This document shows positions 1 to 12,559 of a stretch of DNA of 64,000 bases, piece by piece (the first letter of the stretch is position 1; each line of letters begins with the position of its first letter). Origin of the DNA: the human T2T-CHM13v2.0 reference genome, Homo sapiens. The DNA is taken from the NCBI RefSeq assembly GCF_009914755.1, contig NC_060932.1, one strand, 5' to 3'. Below the pieces are notes generated by a model, which had not been told where the DNA came from, searched no databases, and was given only the letters and a program-made list of their open reading frames with translations. The position numbers were made by a program, and so were the translations under genes.

Positions 1-229
1 CTGGAGTTGAATCTTGCAGAGTGAGTAGGAGTTTTCCAGGAGGAAGCTGTGGAGAAAAATACCATTGAACTGCCCTGTGGGGCAGTCCCTGCCACTTGGA
101 TTTCCAACCAGAGCCTGCTGGTGTTTGAGTTACTTCTGGGCTCTTCGGTCTGTTTACCATCTCCTATGCAAAAAATGTTTCCCCGGGGCCTTTCCTGGGC
201 AAAATGTTTATTCTAGAGAGGTTTAGAGC

Positions 230-350
230 TACGCTGTCCAGTTAGGGTAGCCCCTAAACACATGTGGCTTTTCCCATCAAAATGAATCACAAGCCCTATT
301 TCAGAGTTCAGTAGCACATGTGGCAATATTTTCATTATCACACACAGAGA
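230..350. mobile_element. hAT-Charlie MITE fragment (MER3/MER33-like)
   Basis: cgctgtcca..ggtagccc..cacatgtggc with a second cacatgtggc; resembles the recalled MER3/MER33 consensus. Confidence 0.4.
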
Positions 351-605
351 GGAGTGGGACCTCCTCCAGCTGCGACGGACCCTTGTGCTGCTGCTGTTTT
401 GTAGGGTGTAGGCTCAGGAGTTTCAGTTCCTGCTCTGCCCCAGGCTCTTCAGGGCCAGACACTGCCCATCAGACCTCACGCAGTGACATCTACTTTCTTG
501 TGGGCTGCCAGAGTTCTGCCAGTCCTGGCCTGGATTCAACTCTAAAATCAACAGACTGTTGCCTGGGTGAAGATATAGGTCACTAAACTGATAGCCTAAA
601 ATATT

Positions 606-779
606 CCAACCTGGGCAACATGGCGAAACCCCATCTCTATGAAAATTGGCCAGGCATGGTGGCACGTGCTTGCAGTCCCAGGTACCCAGGAGGTTGAGGC
701 TGCAGTGAGCTGAGATTGTGCCACACTGCTCCAGCTTGGGCAATGGAGTAAGACCCTGTCTTAAAAAAACAAATAAAAA
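606..779 (+). mobile_element. Partial Alu (J-like, internally deleted)
   Basis: End of left arm, linker and shortened right arm with A-tail. Confidence 0.8.
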
Positions 780-976
780 TTACTGCTTTTCTCTAGCACA
801 GAAATCCTCCTATGACATCAGGTTTGGTTTCTTTAAGCTGTGCAGAGAGGGCAGGTCAGAGGGAAGCAGCACCAATGTGTCATAGCCTTTAGGGGCTGGG
901 ATGAAGACCCCTGCTTCAGAATTCTTAGAGTTGTGCAAAGGGCAATGCAGGGGACAAGTACCGTTAGGTTGACTGA

Positions 977-1268
977 GGCCGGGTGCAGTGGCTCACGCCT
1001 ATCATCCCACTATCATCCCAGCACTTTGGGAGGCCGAGGTGGGCAGATCATTTGAGGCCAGGAGTTTGAGACCTGCCTGGCCAACATGGTAAAACCCTAT
1101 CTCTGCTAAAAATACAAAAATTAGCTGGGCATGGTAGTGGGCTCCTGTAATCCCAGCTACACAGGAGGCTAAGGCATGAGAATCGCTTGAACCCAGGAGT
1201 CAGAAGTTGCAGTGAGCCGAGATCGCACCACTGCACTGCAGCTTGAGTGACTGTTTAAAAAAAAGAAA
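977..1268 (+). mobile_element. Alu (S-like)
   Basis: GGCCGGGTGCAGTGGCTCACGCC start, both arms, A-tail; internal 11-bp duplication at 999-1020. Confidence 0.92.
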
Positions 1269-3246
1269 ACGTGGAATAAGTCCTCAGTAATCAATATCTG
1301 ACATTAGATTTTGGTTTTGTGCTCAAGAATTCCCTATCCCAGCAGATGAACCTCATTGCTTGGCAGTAATCACAGCCAGGACACCCCAAATGCACACAGT
1401 GCCCCTGATGGATTCATGACAGATGGATTCATGACAAACTGTACATTGACCTGTGTATTTAGCTGCACCAAGCCAGTTTGCTATTAAGGAATAGTAATCC
1501 TCTTACAAAGCAAAAAAAGCAAAGACAAACTACCACTTGGATCATTCAAAGCCTAGGCTCCAGGGCACTGCCCTTTGGAACCTGCCCTCTGTCCCATGGT
1601 GTACAAGGAGTCTCCACTATGACCTGTGCTTTGCCATCAACATGATTGATTGGGTCCTGGTGTCCCAGGAGATTAGATGGCACCAAGATCTATGCGTAAG
1701 GCTAAGGGGCTTTTGGAAAGTTTCAGTTACAGTCACTACGACCTCATTTTAAAAGGAATTTGACCTTACTTAGCCGAGGTTTGGTTATAAATTTCCAGAA
1801 TAGCTTTAATTTTAGGAATCCAGATTCATCTGGATAATTTCCAGATGTCATAAATTGTAACACCTGCCCCATCTGTTGAAACAGCCTGGAATTTCATAGT
1901 GAGCCGTCAGCCTAGGAGGAGGGAGAGATCTTTTTCCAAGATGCTGCTTCTCCTCCGGTCGTGGCTCCTTGTTTCTGAAGGGGACTTTTCAGGGTCATTG
2001 AAAACATCCCTGGGTTTCGGAGTCAGTCTCATACAGTGTCTTTAGAGATTTGCCATGTGCAGTCCCCGCATGGGCTGGTACCTGGCGCCTTGTTTCAACG
2101 TATGGTTGTCATTTGTAATTTATCAATGGGACCAGGTATGCTTAGGAAGGGGAAATAGACAAACAGAAGGAGCAGCCCGTATCTGTTGGAACTTAGCCAT
2201 GATTTGAGTACCTCATGGGGATAGTGGAGCATCTGAACCAAGAGGCTTTCTGTGTCCATGGTACCTACGGTGTTCCATGGGTCTGTCTCAGCAGGGAAGG
2301 GGTGGAAAAGCGACTGGACATGATACATGCAATGCATGTGCATCAGTCGTCTGCTGGGAATGAGTGTAATAGAGCCACTGCCCCTAGGAGCAAGGCCCTG
2401 GTCTGTTTCGAGGATGTTGACTATCTGCAAGTCGGGGAGACTGGCCTTTTCACCCACTCCCAGCTCTTACCTGGAGGTCTCACACTGGGTTGACCTTCAT
2501 ACACTGGGACTCTGCAGTGGGACACCTGGGGTCTGTGTTCTCCTAAATAGGAAGCAGGAGAAGGTCTGGTTGGATGATCTTGGCTAGAAGAAAACAGACA
2601 ATTTTTAAAATCCTCCTGTCATTCAAGGGTCTGTTTACAGAAAAGAGAACAGACATGGTTTTATTTTACTCTGGAGAGAGTTCACTTCTCAATTAGCTGT
2701 ACTAACAAGACAAAAGGGCTATGGCAGCCCCTTGCCTTTTCCTGAGGTGGTTCTGTTATTGTTTTGTTTTCCTGATAATAAGGTACTGAGTATCAACAGG
2801 GAGCCAACAAGAGAAGGCAAGAGCTTTGCTGAAATGAAAAAGGGCACGCGTAGAACGCTGCTCCTCCCTCCCAGATCTCAGCTCACTGAATAATTCATTG
2901 ACTTCCCCATCTTTCCAAGATGCGTTTCTACTCTGTGAGTTTTACAGCATTATCTATTCATTGATGGATTATGATGGGAATAAAAAATTTGGAACATGAA
3001 TCAGACCTCATGAGTTTGGACTAACTGGGGAAAAGGCTGGTCTGGAGTAAGAGTGTGAATTCCTGAGGCATCTAAGCTATGTCTATATATAACTTCATAT
3101 GTGTATATAAAGACACACATATAGTTTTATTCCTTTAAATGCCAGTGTAGTGTCATTTAGCAATAGCTACAGGCTAAGGTACTTTATAGAACTGAGTAGA
3201 ACTGAGTCTGACTTGGCTCTGTCACTAAATTACTGAGCCTCCCACA

Positions 3247-3425
3247 CCAGGGAGTCTCAATTTCAGCACTACTGCTATCTGGGGCTGGATAATTCTCTGC
3301 AGTGTGGGGCTGTTCTGTGTCTCATAGGCTGTTTAGCAACATCCCTGGCCTCTAACCCCATCCTCCATCCATGACAACCAAAGATGTCTCTCGGACACCT
3401 TTGTCCGAGTGGTTGAGAACCACTG
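3247..3425 (-). mobile_element. MER20 (hAT-Charlie MITE)
   Basis: Reverse-complement match to recalled MER20 (..gtttagcaacatccctggcctcta..ggttgagaaccactg). Confidence 0.75.
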
Positions 3426-3622
3426 TCCTAGACCAAGTCAAATCACTCCCCAGGCCATTGAGTCCTTGTTGGTAAACTGAGGTAGCCTAGGGAGAGTATC
3501 TTTAAATCCCCTCCCAGATCTAACATTCCCAGGATGACCATCAAGGCGTTCTGTTAGACCCTTATAAACCGTCTAACACCTGTGTGTTGCTCTAAATGGG
3601 TGTATAAGTAGAAATATATTCC

Positions 3623-3929
3623 TTTTTTTTTTGTTTTGTTTTTTGAGATGGAGTCTTGCTCTGTTGCCCAGGCTGGAGGGAGTGCAGTGGCATGATCTCG
3701 GCTCACTGCAAGCTCCGTTTCCTGGGTTCACACCATTCTCCTGCCTCAGCCTCCTGAGTAGCTGGGACTACAGGTGCTCGCCAAAACGCCCGGCTAATTT
3801 TTTGTATTTTTAGTAGACATGGGGTTTCACCGTATTAGTCAGGATGGTCTCGATCTCCTGACCTCGTGATCCACCCACCTCGGCCTCTCAAAGTGCTGGG
3901 ATTACAGGCGTGAGCCACCACGCCTGGCC
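3623..3929 (-). mobile_element. Alu (Y-like), antisense in SH2D4A intron
   Basis: Full-length, with AluY-type diagnostics (caagctccg, ttcacaccattc, gtctcgatc). 12-bp TSD agaaatatattc at 3610-3621 and 3931-3942. Confidence 0.93.
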
Positions 3930-4206
3930 CAGAAATATATTCTTCTTTTAAGGTTGACATTTAAGCTCTCATGTATACCTCTATACATGATTTTTATACA
4001 GTTTGCCTCTATAACCTGTTCATGTCTAATTAGCAAATACCAGAAGAATATTCCGTATTCCTAAGAAGCCCAAAACAGACTTAAAATTGCTCTTATTGTG
4101 TCTTATTTAGGCGTCATTGACTCTATATCCATGCAGCTGGATTTAACAGAGGGGATTTTCTGGAATGATTTGGCTGAAATACCTGCCTTTTTTTGCTTTG
4201 CCACAG

Positions 4207-4430
4207 GAATTCTCACACTCAAGAAAGCAAATGAACTTCTTCTGAGCACAGGCATGCCCGGCAGTTTTCTCATCCGAGTCAGTGAAAGGATCAAAGGCTA
4301 TGCCCTGTCCTATCTGTCGGAGGACGGCTGTAAACATTTCCTCATCGATGCCTCTGCAGACGCCTACAGCTTCCTGGGCGTGGACCAGCTACAGCATGCC
4401 ACCTTGGCGGATTTGGTGGAATATCACAAG
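4207..4430 (+). CDS. SH2D4A: SH2D4A penultimate coding exon (most of the SH2 domain)
   Basis: Acceptor ttttttgctttgccacAG at 4205-4206 and donor AAG|GTGAAG at 4431. Translates (G)ILTLKKANELLLSTGMPGSFLIRVSERIKGYALSYLSEDGCKHFLIDASADAYSFLGVDQLQHATLADLVEYHK, with an SH2 FLVRES-like motif (FLIRVS). 224 nt, phase 1 to 0. Confidence 0.95.
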
Positions 4431-4716
4431 GTGAAGCAATGCATAAACTTAATTTGCCTTCTGAGTTACTGTCCTGTAGCAGCTCTAACAATGAATGACA
4501 ATTACAAAGAAAAGGACTGAGACAAGTACTGGGGAGGGGACAGGGGTGGGGGCTTGTCTTTGATAATTCTTCCTGATAATCAGGATTGTTAATCACATTT
4601 CATTTATCTTAGAACCTAGTTCTTCCTTAAATACTCAGGGAACCCCACTGGGGCAGAGAATACGGGAAATGCTAAAACAAAAAAATAAAAGCTGTACCCA
4701 CATGGATCACATATGA

Positions 4717-5220
4717 CAGCAATCCCCAAACTTTGTGACACCAGTTTCCTGGATGACAATTTCTCCATGGACTCAGTGTTGGGGGATGGTTTCAGGATGA
4801 TTTAAGCACATTACATTGATTGTGCATTTTATTATTACATTGTTATATATAATGAAATAATTATACAGTTCAACATAGTGTAGAATCAGTGGGAGCCCCG
4901 AACTTGTTTTCCTGCAACTAGACAGTCCCATCTGGAGGTGATGGGGGACTGTGACAGATCATCAGGCATTAGATTTTCCTAAGGAGCGCACAACTGAGAT
5001 CCCTCCCATGCACAGTTCACAATAAGGTTTGTGTTCCTATGAAAATCTAATGCTGCCACTGATCTGACAGGAGGCAGAGCTCAGGCGATAATGTGAATGA
5101 CAGGGAGCAGATGTAAATACAGATGAAGCTTCACTCCACTGCTCACCTCCTGCTATACAGCCCAGTTCTAACAGGCCACAGACTGGTACTGGTCCATGGC
5201 CCTGGGGTTGGGGACCCCTG
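4717..5220 (+). mobile_element. MER1A (hAT-Charlie), half of the last SH2D4A intron
   Basis: Terminal inverted repeats cagcaatccccaa / ttggggacccctg; 8-bp TSD acatatga (4709-4716) / acctatga (5221-5228). Confidence 0.85.
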
Positions 5221-5438
5221 ACCTATGAGAATTCATAGGCCTTAAGTTAGAATTCAAGCCCTGAAGGGAAAGGAGTACCTGGTCACATGTAGATAAGAAA
5301 AATGCCTTTTAAGATGATCATAAACCACAAAAGCTTTGTGTAAATCATGGGTAGGCAGCTAGTGATGTCCTCTGAGGAAGTAGGAAGAGCATGTGGTCAC
5401 TACTTACACTATCTGACCCCGTGCCTTCTGATTGACAG

Positions 5439-5531
5439 GAGGAACCCATCACTTCCCTGGGGAAGGAGCTCCTTCTCTATCCCTGTGGTCAGCAGGACCA
5501 GCTGCCTGACTACCTGGAGCTGTTTGAGTGA
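5439..5531 (+). CDS. SH2D4A: SH2D4A last coding exon (end of SH2 domain and stop)
   Basis: Acceptor ccttctgattgacAG at 5437-5438. Phase 0 continues the previous exon: EEPITSLGKELLLYPCGQQDQLPDYLELFE-TGA (5529-5531). This frame is absent from the ORF track. Confidence 0.95.
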   Translation, partial: EEPITSLGKELLLYPCGQQDQLPDYLELFE

Positions 5532-6292
5532 CAGCCTCCATCAGGGTCATCCTACAGCCTCCAAGCGGGCTTTCCCCTGGACAAATGCCACTGCAACATT
5601 TATGTGTGAAGCCAAAATCACCCTGCAGCAGAGCCAATACTGATCAACTGAAAGTATCCATGGAGTCCTCATTGACACCTCTTTTCTGCACAAATACTGG
5701 AATTCAATGTCAAGAGAAAATGACCTCTGCTCAAAAGGGAGAAGAGTCTCAATTTCAGCAAGTACCTGTCATGAAGGGTATGACCTTAATGATGTACATA
5801 AAATAAAACAAATGAAGAAATGGAAAACTTTTAGAAATTAAGGTGTACTTGAAAACGAGTATCTATCATATGACCCCTGCACTCCCTCTGTATCATCTCA
5901 GGAGGTTTCAGGGGCCTGTTGACATGAAGTTTCGAAGTTTCATGTTGGCTTTGGAATGGTAGCAAAAGCCTTTCTTGGCTGAGATGATGCTTAAAACACA
6001 CCTCACTTATTGTACATGTTGGAACCAGGACATGAGAGACATAGAAAAACAGAAGTCATGAATGTAAATTGAATGAGAGGCTTAACATGCATGAAAATAC
6101 AGATGGACCTGCAGGAAAGTGAGCAAACATCGCTGAGTTTGTTTTCTTGTTCGGGAGAATGGGGCCGGGGCTGGCCTGGCCTCCCCTGGATATACTCTAT
6201 AGTGCACCAAAAGGATAAAGCATCTGTACATGTATTTTTTTATTTTTTATCAGAAGTGCTTAGACAAGAACAGAATAAGCAGGCTGTTTGGA

Positions 6293-6750
6293 TGCTACTT
6301 GTGGTTGAATTGTGTTCCCCCAAAATATATGGTGAAGTCTTAACCCCCATCCCCGTGAATGGGACCTTGTTTGGAAATAGGGTCTTTGCAGATATAGTCA
6401 AGATGAGGTCACATTGGATTAGGGTGGGCCCCAAATCCAATGACTGGCATCCTTAGGAGAAGAGAGAGTTTTGGTAATAGACACAAATGCAGTGGGAAGA
6501 AGACCAGGGGACAAGAGGCAAGTTGGAGTGATGCAGCCGGAAGGGAAGGGACACCAAGGATCTCCGGCCACCAGCAGAAGCCAGCAGAGAGGCATGGGAC
6601 AGGTTCCCCACAAGCCTTAGAAGGAAGCATGGCCCTGACTTCAGAATTCCAGACTCCAGAACTGGAAGAATAAATGTCTGTTGTTTTAAGCTGCTTAGTT
6701 CATGCTGAGTTCATGCTGACTTGTTACTATAGCCCCAGAAAGCTAATACA
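6293..6750 (+). mobile_element. MLT1 (MaLR) solo LTR, MLT1B/C-like, inside SH2D4A 3'UTR
   Basis: ttgaattgtgttcccccaaaa..tttggaaatagggtctttgcagat..agaataaatgtctgttgttttaagc..gctaataca are typical MLT1 landmarks. Confidence 0.85.
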
Positions 6751-7079
6751 GTCGTTTATGTAATTACATAACCTGACACACAAGATCGACCCATTCACTG
6801 CTGCCCAGTCCACCATTTTCATAATGAAGTAGAAATGGGAGGTAAGAAAAACATTCCAGCCAGTTCTGTTTAGCCCTGGGACACATATTTGTCCCGTCAG
6901 GAATCTTATGCCCTCCTGGAACCCCCGCCCACCTCAGTCCAGTCCCAGTCAGGCGAACGGCCTCTGGACAGGGACTGAGGTGGCTCTGAGCCACTGGAGA
7001 TCATTTTTCTTGGAGGATGGAGATTGGCTAGTACCTCTGGCCTAACTGTGTAGGTCAATACTCTTTTACATTGCCTTCT

Positions 7080-7085
7080 AATAAA
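7080..7085 (+). terminator. Probable distal polyadenylation signal of SH2D4A
   Basis: AATAAA with upstream TGTA (7029) and a downstream GT/T-rich element at 7104-7127. Confidence 0.65.
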
Positions 7086-7208
7086 AGCAGAATGATACAG
7101 CAGTGTTGTTACAAGCTTGTTGGTTGCGTACAGCACTCATTGACTATAAAATGTAGCCAGAGAAGGGGATGGTTGGCATGTGTGTTCTAATGAGAAAGAT
7201 GATGGTGA

Positions 7209-7352
7209 TTATTATTTTTAGAGACAGAGTCTTGTTCTGACACCCTGGCTGGCATGCAGTAGTGCGATCACAGCTCACTTCAGCCTCAAGCGATCCTCCT
7301 GCCTCAAACCCCCAAAGTGCTAGGATTATAGATGTGAGATACTATGCCAGGT
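7209..7352 (-). mobile_element. Alu monomer/fragment (FRAM/AluJ-like)
   Basis: gagacagagtcttg..caaagtgctaggattatagatgtgag. Confidence 0.8.
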
Positions 7353-7714
7353 AGAGATAGCTTTTAAACATAGATCATTGTTTAACTCTTTCTTGAAATG
7401 TTCCATGTGGTTTATATTGTTAAACTATTGTAAGGATCCATCTCTTGGCTTTTGTTCCTATGACTCAACAGTCATGGCATTATTGAGAAACTTCTCAACT
7501 CTTCCTACCATTTTCTGTATAATCTTGGACAGGACAGTTTGTCTCTGAGCCTCAGTTTTTGCTTCTGAACAAAAAAAAATATGATTCAACTGGGTGATCT
7601 TTGTTATTTTCATCCAATTCTGAAATTTTAAGGTTCTAGTGCTTCTCACTGGAATGAATGGAAAGTACCCACTTGTCACCACTAATAATTAGGAAGATGT
7701 AAGATTCCAGTACT

Positions 7715-8007
<293 letters not shown>

Positions 8008-8803
8008 TCCAATACCCCCCTGTGCCTACAGTTATCTTGTAGGAAATAATTGTGGCCATATCCAGATATAACTACACAAAGCAACATCCTATTAAAGGAA
8101 GATTTAGAAAACAGGAAGTCACCCAACTGAATTCACCCAATATTACACAGGGGAGCAGATGTGGGTTCCGGACTAGTTTATCCTGTTGGTTGCTGATTGA
8201 TAGAGGAATACACTGTCCAGTGTTGGATGATATGATGGCACGAATGACACTTGAAATTCTTAGGGAAGGAGAATGGTTTACAGATTTCAGAAACTGAATT
8301 CAACCGAATGGAATTCAGGAGGCCTGAATGGTCATCCGAGCAGTGCTGTGGTCTCTGTCCTGCCTACATTTACCCTGAGTTACGGTCTGAGGTGAAGATG
8401 TCCAAACTCTGACCCTGGTCTCCTCCTCCTGTTGCCTCCGCAAGCCCAGCTCCTTGACCTGCCTGCGCAAGGTTTCTGGGTCTAGGAATGCTGCTTTCAT
8501 GTTACTGTCCTGGTTCTCAAGCCTAGGGGCTCTGGTCTGCAGACCCTGACTCACTGGGACTGTGGCCAAATACTCCTGCCCATCTAGATTCTTCTCTCCC
8601 ACAATTCTGGAATCTCCCGCCCACAGTCATGTAAGATTTTCTGGCTGCCACCGTATTGCCAGATGCTCACAGACCTATCAGGTCACTTGCAAGGACCCTG
8701 CTTCTGGCCTCCTGCCCTACCCTGCTGCAGTAGGATGCACAAGGAAGGTCGCTTGGCCCTGAGTGTCACCAGCAGTGCTAGTCAGTCTGAAAAAGTGTTT
8801 TCT

Positions 8804-9132
8804 GGCTGGGCACGGTGGCTCATGCCTGTAATCCCAGCATTTTGGGAGGCCAAGGCAAGTGGATCACGAGGTCAGGAGATCGGGACCATCCTGGCCAACA
8901 TGGTGAAACCCCGTCTCTACTAAAAAAAAAAAAAAAAAAAAAATACAAAAATTAGCTGGGCTTGGTGGCACATGCCTTGTAATTCCAGCTACTCAGGAGG
9001 CTGAGGCAGGAGATAGCTTGGGAGTCAGAGGTTGCAGTGAGTCGGAGGTTGCAGTGAGCCGGAGGTTGCAGTGAGCCGAGACCACTGCACTCCAGCCTGG
9101 TGACAGAGCAAAAGTCCGTCTAAAAAAAAAAA
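8804..9132 (+). mobile_element. Alu (Sc-like) with expanded linker and internal triplication
   Basis: Dimer; A22 linker at 8922-8943; 17-bp unit x3 at 9028-9078; approximate TSD aaaagtgttttct / aaaggtgctttct. Confidence 0.92.
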
Positions 9133-10029
9133 AGGTGCTTTCTGGCCCAAAGCTTACCCTAAAAATGGAGAAAACACAGGGCAAGTTAGGAAAAAAAGGA
9201 TCAGAGAAAGAAAAAAGTAGATGGGCAATGGTCAGTCAGGTCACCAAAAATACCTCCGGGACATTTCCACCCAAAATTGCCTATCTGAGCTAATGCTTTG
9301 GAATTAAGCATCCTTTGCTAATATGACATGAAATCTGCTTTTAGATTAAAAAAAGAAAAATTCATGGCTTAAAGTTTTGCAACTGCCACCTTTTGTAAAG
9401 GCAGTTTTCTTAATGCACTGGAGTTCTAACATGTTTATGGCCCACACATACATATTTTGGGGCTCCTGCTATTTGGTGAGAGAAGACACAAATGCATGGG
9501 CTATGCATGGATATGTTTCCATGGGGCCTCTTTGCTTTCATATTTATCCAGAACGTGGTACATGCTTTCCTTTCAGGCTGCAATTCACAGGGTTTGTTTT
9601 GTTTTGTTTTAGAACATACGTTTTCAACGACTGTATCTTTAAATAATCTGTTTGAATTTAGCTTTTCTCTTCCTTGGGAATAGCTATAAATGTTGGATTT
9701 TTCTTTGCTTTTCATTTGGTATTCTCACCCCCATTGTTTTCATCTCTCCCTTCTTTTCTGTTGTATTTTGGGAGAGCTCTTGCATCTGTCCTTTTCCCAT
9801 CAGTGATTAAATTTTCAGCAATGTTAATTCTGCACTTCACTGCCTCCAGGTGGATTTTAGTACCACTTTTACATGTCTAGCTACTTCCCATCCTACCTTC
9901 TCTCCCTATGCAAAGATCTTTAGGCTTCCCACTGCTTCCCCAGACTGACAATTGTCAGGAAGCTTAAATGATAAAAGTACCCTGTTTTAATTGTGGTAAA
10001 AACACATTATTTGATAATCAGGCTGCTCA

Positions 10030-10230
10030 GTATAGTAGAGAGCAGGCCCAGCAGGTTTGGGGTGCGGTCCTGGGTATACCATAACTAGCTGTGTGGAGTC
10101 GTTAAAGAAAAACAGTAACTAAGCCTGTCTGAGCTTCAATTTCATTTCTCAGACAGTCGTTACTAAAGTCACCTGGGTTCTGACGATTAGGAAAGAAATA
10201 TGTTAAATATCTGGCATAGAGTAAGCGCTC
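10030..10230 (+). mobile_element. MIR remnant
   Basis: ataactagctgtgt..tctgagcttcaatttcatttctc..tggcatagagtaagcgctc; MIR core and 3' end, followed by an Alu. Confidence 0.55.
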
Positions 10231-10234
10231 CATG

Positions 10235-10549
10235 GGCCCAGCATGGTGGCTTATACCTGAAATCCCTGCTCCTTGGGAAGCTGACACAGGAAGACCATTT
10301 GAGCCCAGGATTTTGAGACCCGCCTGGCCCACATAGTGAGAACCCACATCTCTACAAAACATACAAAAATTAGCCAGGTGTGGTTGGCATGTGCCTGTAG
10401 TCCCAGCTACTCAGGAAGCTGAAGCCACAGGATCACGTGAGCCCAAGAGTTCGAGGCTACAGTGAGCTATGATTGTACCAATGCACTCCAGCCTGGGCGA
10501 CAGAGTGAGACCCTGTCTTTAGAAAGAAAAAAAAAAGAGAGAAAAGAAA
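10235..10549 (+). mobile_element. Alu (J-like)
   Basis: Diverged dimer with J-type right arm (gagttcgaggctacagtgagctatgat). Confidence 0.9.
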
Positions 10550-11464
10550 GCCAGCTCTCCATAAATAGTAATTGGGTAATTGCATTTTCCTTTTCCTAGT
10601 GAATTATGAGTCCAACAAAGCCAGGATCCTTGCACTCCAGCCTTCCCCTTTGCCAACTCAGTTTATGTGACCACTGGGCTGTTTATCCCCCACCCTTGTT
10701 TCCTAGAATTTCTGGGATCAATTTTAAGAAGGAAGGGGAAACTTCTGAAGAGTAAGGTATATAATGACGAACCACACAATACATTCATTTGCCAGTTGAC
10801 CTGCAGAGAGTCGGCTCACTCTGTGCCGGGTGAGTCCCGGACGGAGGCTGCCATGGATGGCTGGCCCTCACTGAGTCCCTGGGGCGACTGTGGAGGCTGC
10901 AGAAGGGTCTTGAAGGAGCACAGCCCTACTTCTCTCCCCACAGCAATGCCTGCCCTTCCCAGCCTGTGACCTTCCCCAAGGCGGCCCTGCCCTGCCCCTC
11001 CTCCCCTATGGTTCTGTCCACCTTCTTGCTAGAATAGCAGATATGCCAGACACAGCCGAGGAGACACTCGGGGTGACTACTCCAGAGGGCATGTTCAAAG
11101 GATCAGTAATGCACAGTTTGAAAGGCACCTCTGCTGACAGGAAAGAACATATTCTGTGTGTTGGAAAAAACTACCATCAAAACCCCCCAACCAACTGGCA
11201 CCATCCCCATAGTTTTTGGCAGCAACAGCAAAGCACGGAGCCCTGCCAGGAGAAACAGCTTTGAATTAAAATATAAAGCTAATCAGAATATGGATCACAC
11301 AAAGCTGCCAGTCATTTGATGTGTGTGGGGAGTAAAACACCCCTGCCCTGCTAAGAAACTGCCCAAGGTCATTGTCTCTTATCAGCAATTCTCACAAACA
11401 GTTATCAAGTCTTTTTTTAAAAAAAGCAAGTATTCCCACCTGCTGTCCCCTCCTACTCAAATCA

Positions 11465-11774
11465 TTTTTTCTTTTCTTTTTTTTTTTTTTTTTGAGATGG
11501 AGTCTCACTCTGTCACCCAGGCTGGAGTGCAGTGGCGCGATCTCAGCTCACAGCAACCTTTGCCTCCCGGGTTCAAACAATTCTCTGCCTCAGCCTCCCA
11601 AGTAGCTGGGATTACAGGCACCCACCACCAAGCCCGGCTAACTCTTTTTTATTTTCAGTAGAGACGGGGTTTCACCATCTTGGCCAGGCTGGTCTTGAAC
11701 TCCTGACCTCATGATCCACCCGCCTCGGCCTCCCAAAGTGTTGGGATTACAGGCGTGAGCCACCGCGCCCGGCC
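11465..11774 (-). mobile_element. Alu (S-like)
   Basis: Poly-T followed by a reverse Alu ending ..gagccaccgcgcccggcc. Confidence 0.93.
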
Positions 11775-12559
11775 ATCACTCTTTCAATGTAACATGTTGG
11801 AATCCTGCATGAGAGCCAGATTCCAGGGCTTTGATCCCATATGGAGTCCTAACACTGCCGGTCATTGCACAGTGGCTGGAGTGGGGTGGCCAGATGCCTT
11901 AGCTGTTCCTCCATCCCTGTGTTAGCAAGCTTTCTTTCCTTGTTACGTGATTTCTCAGGTGGGACTAGAGAGCAGAGAAATGGTGAGAAACGAGAATCAA
12001 AAACAACAGGCTGGCGACTTACCCTAGGCCAAAGCTAGTTCCCGCAGACCTTCCAATCCATCTGGAGCTGGCCATGTGACGGGTCATGGTCAGGGACAAT
12101 GACGGTCCTATCAGCCCTGAAGCTGGCTATTTGCTAGCTGGATCTCTGGGCAAACTCTTCAACATTTCTGATCCTCATTCTCTGCACCTGGAAAATCCAA
12201 GTAATGATATTATCTAGCTTAGAAGTTTGAAGTAATGAACATAAGGTTCCTAGCTATGCTCCTGACTTAAAAAACCTGTAAAGTCTCCCAGCTCCCTAGG
12301 AGGGTATCAACTCCATATTACTGAGCGTGGATTGTAAGGTAGAAATTACCCATTAAATTTCACACTCCTAGTAACCCTTCTCCTTCAGATAGATTAAGTT
12401 TTGAGAATGACAAAAAGAACAACAGTGTACATGACGGCTTCATCATCTTTACTGTATTGCCTATAATAGCCATCTGATTATATCCAAGCAGCACTGGGCA
12501 TACCGAGAAGCTTAACAGACACTGCCAGATACACATTTGTACATGTGGAATTGTGTGCT

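Larger units (their letters stand above)
5532..7105 (+). other. SH2D4A: SH2D4A 3'UTR (end approximate)
   Basis: Follows the stop codon. AATAAA at 5802, 6669 and 7080; the 7080 signal is followed by GT-rich sequence (gtgttgttac..ttgttggttg). Confidence 0.7.

Noticed and set aside
4098-4206. N-terminal extensions of the exon ORFs (here, and at 16956-16992, 29742-29763, 50927-51090)
   Set aside because: These are intron sequence upstream of clear acceptors, not true starts.
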